64,000 bases of DNA. Source: Sedimentisphaerales bacterium (lineage in GTDB: Bacteria > Planctomycetota > Phycisphaerae > Sedimentisphaerales > Anaerobacaceae). The position numbers and the translations under genes were made by a program. The notes under the pieces were generated by a model. That model made no database searches. It was given only the letters and a program-made list of their open reading frames with translations, and had not been told where the DNA came from. Below are positions 58,887 through 64,000 of the stretch, piece by piece (the stretch's first letter is position 1; every line of letters starts with the position of its first letter). The stretch covers positions 2,118,961 to 2,182,960 of the forward strand of contig JBGLNQ010000001.1 of assembly GCA_041322395.1 (NCBI GenBank), given 5' to 3'.

Positions 58887-58916
58887 ATATCGCATATCCC
58901 CCTCGGGGCAGGCGCA
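58816..58916. repeat. right copy of the perfect 101-bp inverted repeat
   Basis: Exact reverse complement of 43675-43775. Confidence 0.95.
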
Positions 58917-59517
58917 GCCAGCCGCCGACGCCCCAGACCCAATGTGCGATGGGATCATAGACGAACGTCGCCCAAAGCAAGGTGAAGACGAGAAACGCGG
59001 AGAACTTCATTCGTTCGGCAAATGCACCTATAATCAGGGCCGGCGTAATTACCGCAAACATCGCCTGGAAGATCATGAATGCCTGGTGCGGAACAGTCGC
59101 AGAATAGCCGGTGTATGGTTCAAGACCGACGCCCCTTAATCCGACCCAGGCAAATCCGCCCCAGAACCCGTTGCCGGGGGCGAAAGAAAGACTGTACCCC
59201 AACAGGACCCATTGGATGCTCAGGGCGGCGAGTAAGATGAAGCACTGCATCAGAACACCTAAAATGTTCTTGCGCCTGACGAGCCCACCATAGAAAAATG
59301 CCAAGCCTGGTGTCATCAGCATAACAAGTGCGGCAGAGATCAGGACCCACGCGGTATCTCCGGAATCGATCTTCGCAGCCGTTGTGCTCGTTGACAGTGC
59401 GACTGGCGCGCTTAATGATGCCCCGGCATCGGCAAAAACGCCGCCTGAAAACGCCAAGAGCACCACCAGGAAGCCTACCCAGAAGCGTACATACGGATTT
59501 CTTCTGCTTGCCGTCAT
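58864..59517 (-). pseudogene. amt: 5' half (about 200 codons) of an ammonium transporter gene, homology ends at about 58917
   Basis: DTAWVLISAALVMLMTPGLAFFYGG...YDPIAHWVWGVGGWL is followed by RLPRGGYAIFIPHGAL*, which is encoded by the inverted repeat. Confidence 0.8.
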
Positions 59518-59589
59518 TTTCTGCACCTCAAAAAACACTGATGCTGCCTAAGCACATACCAAGTACTAATAGACACCCTGCAATGGCGT

Positions 59590-59605
59590 AGCAACAGTCG
59601 TGCCA
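59590..59605 (-). promoter_or_regulatory. sigma54 promoter (TGGCAC-N5-TTGCT)
   Basis: The minus strand reads TGGCACGACTGTTGCT, about 75 nt upstream of the amt start. Confidence 0.65.
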
Positions 59606-59862
59606 ACCGTCTAAAAAACCACCAGTGTTTTCATAACCAACTATCACAGCGTGACTTACGGATGCGGCACGCCCGTCGCTGAGGGCGGGTGACAGTTACG
59701 TTTTTGTACCTTCCGTCATCATGACTACATTTTTGTCGCTATTTTGACGCATATATTTCTAGGCGGGTTCCCACAATTGAGCGAGAACCCGCCTGGGGTG
59801 CCCAAGCAACCGGGCACAAAAAATGATGGCCTGCTGTCATTCCTTGCATTTGTCTGGTCGTG

Positions 59863-60204
59863 TCAGCCGATAGCTTCCTTTCCTCGTTGCCCGGTGCGAA
59901 TTCTGACGCATTCCGGCAGATCCACGATGAGTATCTTCCCGTCGCCGATCTTGCCCGTCCTTGCACCCTTGCTGATTGCATCAACGGTTCTTTCAACGAA
60001 ATCTTCGTTTACAGCTATTTCAAGCCTTACTTTCTTGAGAAGGTTGACTTCAAACTTTATGCCTCGGTAGCTTTCTTCGTAGCCATGCTGTTCGCCGCAT
60101 CCGAGTGCGTTTGTGACGGACATTTTGCGAACCTCGGCTTCATAGAGGGCCTTTTTGACATCCTGTAACTTGTGCGGCTGTATATATGCTATTACAAGTT
60201 TCAT
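59863..60204 (-). CDS. glnK: nitrogen regulatory protein P-II
   Basis: [20 protein letters not shown]...T-loop region [15 protein letters not shown]...GDGKILIV. 113 aa, amt-linked. Confidence 0.93.
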   Translation of the reverse strand: MKLVIAYIQPHKLQDVKKALYEAEVRKMSVTNALGCGEQHGYEESYRGIKFEVNLLKKVRLEIAVNEDFVERTVDAISKGARTGKIGDGKILIVDLPECVRIRTGQRGKEAIG

Positions 60205-60229
60205 TTATCAACTCCTGACAAATAGTCGG

Positions 60230-60764
60230 TTAACTCGTGCAGAAGATTTGGAAGCCGCCGTAGGCCTCCATTCCATGCTCGCCGATATCGAGTCCCCGCA
60301 ACTCCTCTTCTCTGCTGACCCTCAGTCCGACGGTCGCATCGATGAGCTTGAAGACAATTCCCATACTTATTACGACAAACGCGATTGTAGCGGCGCTTCC
60401 CAGAATCTGGACACCAAGCTGCGTCGGATTTCCGCCGTATATGAGGCCCTCGTTGGCCAGGCCGAGCGCATTCTTGCCGAATATGCCCACCGCCAGCGTT
60501 CCCCACACGCCGCAGACACCGTGCACAGGCACCGCGCCAACGGGATCGTCGATGTGGAGCGAATCCAGCCTGCATAAAGAACACAAGGAATGCGGCTACG
60601 AGCACCCAGACCGTATCGAGCCCTTGCTTCAGGGCGAACGTGTCTATCGCATTGGATAGAGAGCTTCCCACTTCAGCTTCGGCGGCGAATACGTCACCGC
60701 TGAAAACCGTCATTATGAAAAACGCAACTGCGGCAGGAGTGATTCTTCTCCTTCGTCTGCTCAT
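60230..60764 (-). pseudogene. amt: ammonium transporter gene with a large internal deletion and frameshift
   Basis: The N-terminal about 68 codons (...VWVLVAAFLVFFMQAGFA) are joined out of frame, at about 60563-60572, to the C-terminal about 110 codons (HIDDPVGAVPVHGVCGVWGTLAVGIFG...). Confidence 0.8.
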
Positions 60765-60782
60765 GATTCTAATGCCTCTCTT

Positions 60783-61559
60783 CTAAAACTCTTTTATAAA
60801 ACCGATGCCGGCGTAGAAGTAGTCACTGGCTGTATCGTATGCGTCGGTGGCGCGGATATCGTCGCTGAGCAACGTTATGTAGTTCAGGCTCGGAACCATC
60901 GTCCATCCGACCGCGTCGAAGGGGAATGACGCCGATAGCGTCAGATCATTGAGCTTACTCTGATCCGTGCCCCAGTAGTATTTGTTGTAAGACCCGCTGC
61001 CCCAGCCGAGCCTGACGCCCAATTCCATTCCTACGGGGATATCGACGCCCAACTCGCCGATCTTCTCGATGCTGTGCGCAAATGCCAGAGATATGTAGGA
61101 ACCTTCGGCCTCGTCAACGTCATGGTAAATTGTCAGCGACGGGCTGAGCGGCAGATCAAAGCTGAATCCCAAATAGGCTTCCGTCGTATCCTTGACCACA
61201 GTGCCGGGAAAATCATAGTAGATCAAGCCGATAGAATACCCCAAGCCCTCTATGCCCGGCACAGCGGCGGAGTAATCCAGCGAATAATCAAGCTCAGAGA
61301 AATCGCCGTTGTTGCCGTTAATGTTTGTAAACTCGAAGTTGCCCCAGACCGATGCGGTCAGGTTCTTATGGGTGATACTTAATCCCGGTTGAAAAACCGG
61401 ATCGTCATCAAAGTTCTGGCCTCGCCATATATACTTGCTGAAGAAATCAGACGTAAACTCGAAATCAATCCCGGTCTCGGCCGCCACTGTTTCACAACGG
61501 AACGCCACCACTATACCCGATACAACCATTAGACATTTCAAATTCTTCATTTGAGCCAA
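60783..61559 (-). CDS. outer-membrane beta-barrel protein (TorF/TIGR02001-like porin)
   Basis: Signal peptide, FTSDFFSKYIWRGQNFDDDPVFQPGL..., and the C-terminus ends in an aromatic residue (F). It is the first gene of the amt-glnK cluster. Confidence 0.7.
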   Translation of the reverse strand: MAQMKNLKCLMVVSGIVVAFRCETVAAETGIDFEFTSDFFSKYIWRGQNFDDDPVFQPGLSITHKNLTASVWGNFEFTNINGNNGDFSELDYSLDYSAAVPGIEGLGYSIGLIYYDFPGTVVKDTTEAYLGFSFDLPLSPSLTIYHDVDEAEGSYISLAFAHSIEKIGELGVDIPVGMELGVRLGWGSGSYNKYYWGTDQSKLNDLTLSASFPFDAVGWTMVPSLNYITLLSDDIRATDAYDTASDYFYAGIGFIKEF

Positions 61560-61642
61560 TCTCTTTCCATTGCCCTGAAAACCTGTCTTTCAATTTCCGA
61601 CCGCTGCGATCAACCAAACAGCAAATCAGCTTCTCTTGCTAA

Positions 61643-61658
61643 GGCAATTCGCGTGCCA
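61643..61658 (-). promoter_or_regulatory. sigma54 promoter (TGGCAC-N5-TTGCC)
   Basis: The minus strand reads TGGCACGCGAATTGCC, about 85 nt upstream of the porin start. Confidence 0.65.
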
Positions 61659-62159
61659 CAAGTGCGACTGTTTTCATAACCGCTTATCCAATAAGAAGAT
61701 ACATCCAATAAAACCACATCAACGGCTGGCCGGCGCGCGACATTTATGTATCGCTATTCGCCTAAACCACATATTTGTCTCTCTGGTTGCCGAGTGATTC
61801 AGAGTTGGTTACATTTTCCGGGGGGAGGCTTGTTTTTGGGCTGAAAATGGGCTGCCTTAGAGGCAGATAAGATCAAGGGGGGGGGAGCGATTGGACACCT
61901 GGTTTTTTCGGGACTGGGGTAGAAAAACAGCGTAAAGCGTTTAGCGTACAGGAGTTAGGGCGAAATTTCCCAAGGTCGGGAAACTCGCGCGTTTTGCGTT
62001 TTTTTTGGATTTTTTGGGGCTTTTTGAAAAAAAGTGGGTGAAATTGTTAGCGTTTTGATGTTTTTTGACACGTTTTTGCCCACCCTCATTTTTGGGTTAA
62101 AAACAGGGGTCGAAAAGTCAAGCGATATTCTGCTAATACTTTTATAAGAACTGCTTATA

Positions 62160-62345
62160 AGCCACAGAGGATACAGAGTGCACAGAGAGTGAAAAATTTT
62201 GGACACGGAATGTTAAAATAGGCAAAGGGGGAGAGGGGAATCAGGGACCAGGTTGTGGGTATCAGGAGGGCAGGAGACAGAGGTCAGGAGACGGAGGACT
62301 GGGGACGGGGTTAATTGATTATTGACTATTGATTATTGACTATCT
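62160..62345. repeat. cluster of word repeats (CACAGAG, CAGGAG/ATCAGG, ATTGATTATTGACT)
   Basis: ccacagaggatacagagtgcacagagagtg; gtatcaggagggcaggagacagaggtcaggagacgg; attgattattgactattgattattgactat. Confidence 0.75.
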
Positions 62346-62822
62346 ATGATTGATGATTGGTTATTTGCTCCGGAAGAAGGCTACACTGCGAGAAGGCCGG
62401 GTAAGTTGGCCGGGTCGGCGGGGTGCGTCGTCGGGACGACGACGGCTAAACGGGGGGGGCGCGGTTATTACTCGAACTGGCCGGTGGTCGGTTCGAGAAT
62501 GGAAAAATCAAAGATTAAAATGCAAAATTGTGATTAGTTTGAGTTATTATTGATGATTTTCTCCCGAACGGATCGGGGTATTCGACTGCGCTCAAGATTG
62601 GGATTGTTAAAATGGGTAAAGAGTGCGGGAGGGGCATAAGCACATGGGCACAAGAGCACAGAGGGAAAAAACGGAGGAAAGACAACGGGCGAAGGACGAG
62701 AGACGCGGTTGGTTTGGCCTGTAATGATATTGACATTTTGTTTTTTGTGGGGTAGTTTGGCGGTTATAGGTTTTGGATGTTGTTGTGTTGGGGATATCTA
62801 AGCTGTTGGGAGGTTTGAGAAA

Positions 62823-63935
62823 ATGGCTGAAATGTCAGAGTCAAGGCGCTGGGAGAAGGAACTTGCGCAGTTCGACGAAGTGCTTGCAAACCCAAAGGGG
62901 CAGGCGATTGTTATTGTGGGGCCAGAGAGAAGCGGGAAAAGCAGGCTTTTAACGAGTATGGTGATGCGCGGCGAGAAGGCGGAGAAATTCCACTTTGAAG
63001 GCAAGATCCATCATGTAGGGCCCACTACTCGGCCTAACGATCTACTTCGTGAAATCGTAGGAGGGCCTCCCGAGGTGGTTGTACATGTAGGGCCTGAAGC
63101 TGTCTTTCAAAGCCTTGCCGAATCAGTTAAAGAGTTTGGGGATATGCATCGGAGAGTGATTGGAGTTGATGTTGATTCAATAATGTCGGTGAACTTTGGA
63201 AGTACTTGGTTTGACACTATTTCGCAATTGCCTGACAAAGTGAAGTTCATCTTTACGCAGAGGCCTGATGGTATGCTGGCAGCCAACAGACAATTCATGG
63301 GGCTGGGGAATGTTGTGCGGATTGATGTTGAGACGGGACTGGCGTCTGATAAGGGGGGCATCGGTGAAAGTGAAGTTCGGGCAGCATTTTTGCAATTTGT
63401 GACGACAGAAAAGGGTTATCCAGAAGGGTGCGTGAAAGAAGATACTGCCATTGCGGTTGGGATTGGCAAGACGGGTCTTCATGACCTAACGGCATTCTTG
63501 TTGGGAACTGAGACGGTTCTGTGGATAGCAAATATTGGCCTCTGGAGCGATACCGACGACGAGAGAAGACCTAAAGCGGTGGTGGAGAGAATTAGGCAGG
63601 CCGCGGAATACAAAGGCACTCGCGGTTTCATAGTTCGGCCGGGGCAGAATCCGAGCGAGAATGAGTGTGATGTTTTCGAAGTTCCGAATGAAGGCCCAGC
63701 TACTCCGATCTCCCCGCGCCAGTTTCCGACCTATGAAAGTTATCGAAATATGCTCCAGGGAAATATAGAGGAAGGGAGTGGTAAGGGTAAGGTAGTTCAG
63801 GGGGTTTTTGATACAGATGAAGATTTGAGACCGAAGGAGGAAGCAAAAAGAGGCGTTGTGGGGGTTTCTATTGGTGGGTCGAGTGTTTCTGATCAGCCTG
63901 CTAAGATTGATGCGCTTGGATTCGACTGGGGGTAG
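62823..63935 (+). CDS. P-loop NTPase-like hypothetical protein
   Basis: Walker A-like VIVGPERSGKSRLL and Walker B-like RRVIGVDVDS. 370 aa. A possible TM-encoding ORF starts at the window edge. Confidence 0.65.
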   Translation: MAEMSESRRWEKELAQFDEVLANPKGQAIVIVGPERSGKSRLLTSMVMRGEKAEKFHFEGKIHHVGPTTRPNDLLREIVGGPPEVVVHVGPEAVFQSLAESVKEFGDMHRRVIGVDVDSIMSVNFGSTWFDTISQLPDKVKFIFTQRPDGMLAANRQFMGLGNVVRIDVETGLASDKGGIGESEVRAAFLQFVTTEKGYPEGCVKEDTAIAVGIGKTGLHDLTAFLLGTETVLWIANIGLWSDTDDERRPKAVVERIRQAAEYKGTRGFIVRPGQNPSENECDVFEVPNEGPATPISPRQFPTYESYRNMLQGNIEEGSGKGKVVQGVFDTDEDLRPKEEAKRGVVGVSIGGSSVSDQPAKIDALGFDWG

Positions 63936-64000
63936 CGGTAACGGCATTTTACCTTGGTATTGGACCTGCTGTATTTGCCTCTGTTATCGGAGTACTTTCA

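Noticed and set aside
59762-59793. A 9-bp hairpin (GGCGGGTTC...GAACCCGCC) 70 nt downstream of glnK, considered as a terminator.
   Set aside because: There is no U-tract after the stem on the transcribed strand and the loop is 14 nt. It may still be an attenuator or RNA-stability element, so it was not called.
61680-62110. A T-rich, repeat-rich non-coding region with one TTATCCAAT (near DnaA-box) considered as a replication origin.
   Set aside because: There is only a single imperfect box, no cluster of DnaA boxes, and no dnaA/dnaN or other origin-linked genes nearby.

Overview
This 64-kb window has a mid-50s % GC by eye. Gene content suggests a PVC-superphylum bacterium, probably Planctomycetota/Phycisphaerae-like. 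That guess rests on prepilin-type N-termini (FTLIELLVVIAII) fused to non-pilin domains, a formylglycine sulfatase, Tat-signal oxidoreductases and HAF repeats. All calls come from reading the ORF track and sequence motifs; no database search was run.

Gene content: Most of the window is housekeeping genes (trxA, scpA, trpS, gdhA, topA, glmS, hisH, hisF, queG, tRNA-Ser). The rest is sugar, envelope and signalling genes:
- a RhaT-like symporter, a URO-D-family protein and an FGGY kinase
- a sulfatase
- a GT2 glycosyltransferase, a WecA-like transferase, an O-antigen-ligase-like protein and a nucleotide-sugar dehydrogenase
- a CheR-PAS protein, a histidine kinase and a LuxR-type response regulator
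- an ECF sigma factor and a GGDEF protein

I found no CRISPR array, cas gene, reverse transcriptase, prophage or complete known multi-gene defence system.

Four things stand out:
1. A low-GC accessory island at about 36.5-42.5 kb. It carries a 1082-aa single-chain protein with nuclease-like, N6A-methyltransferase and TRD regions (MmeI-like type IIG/IIL architecture, but E-x-E where E-x-K is expected). Beside it sit an orphan membrane/coiled-coil protein and a remnant of a PPIase gene.
2. A perfect 101-bp inverted repeat (43675-43775 and 58816-58916) bracketing about 15 kb. Both of its outer or inner edges coincide with truncated genes.
3. An unusual number of abrupt junctions where genes stop or start mid-domain: two amt genes, proS, GH130, an MBL-fold gene, a receiver domain and a GGDEF gene. 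These are either real rearrangement scars or assembly/concatenation artefacts.
4. Several families of short dispersed hairpin or 'word' repeats fill the intergenic spaces. One copy appears to sit in frame inside queG.

Two sigma54 promoters precede the broken porin-amt-glnK-amt nitrogen cluster. I cannot show that any of this is a new biological system. The island and the repeat-bracketed segment are the best candidates.
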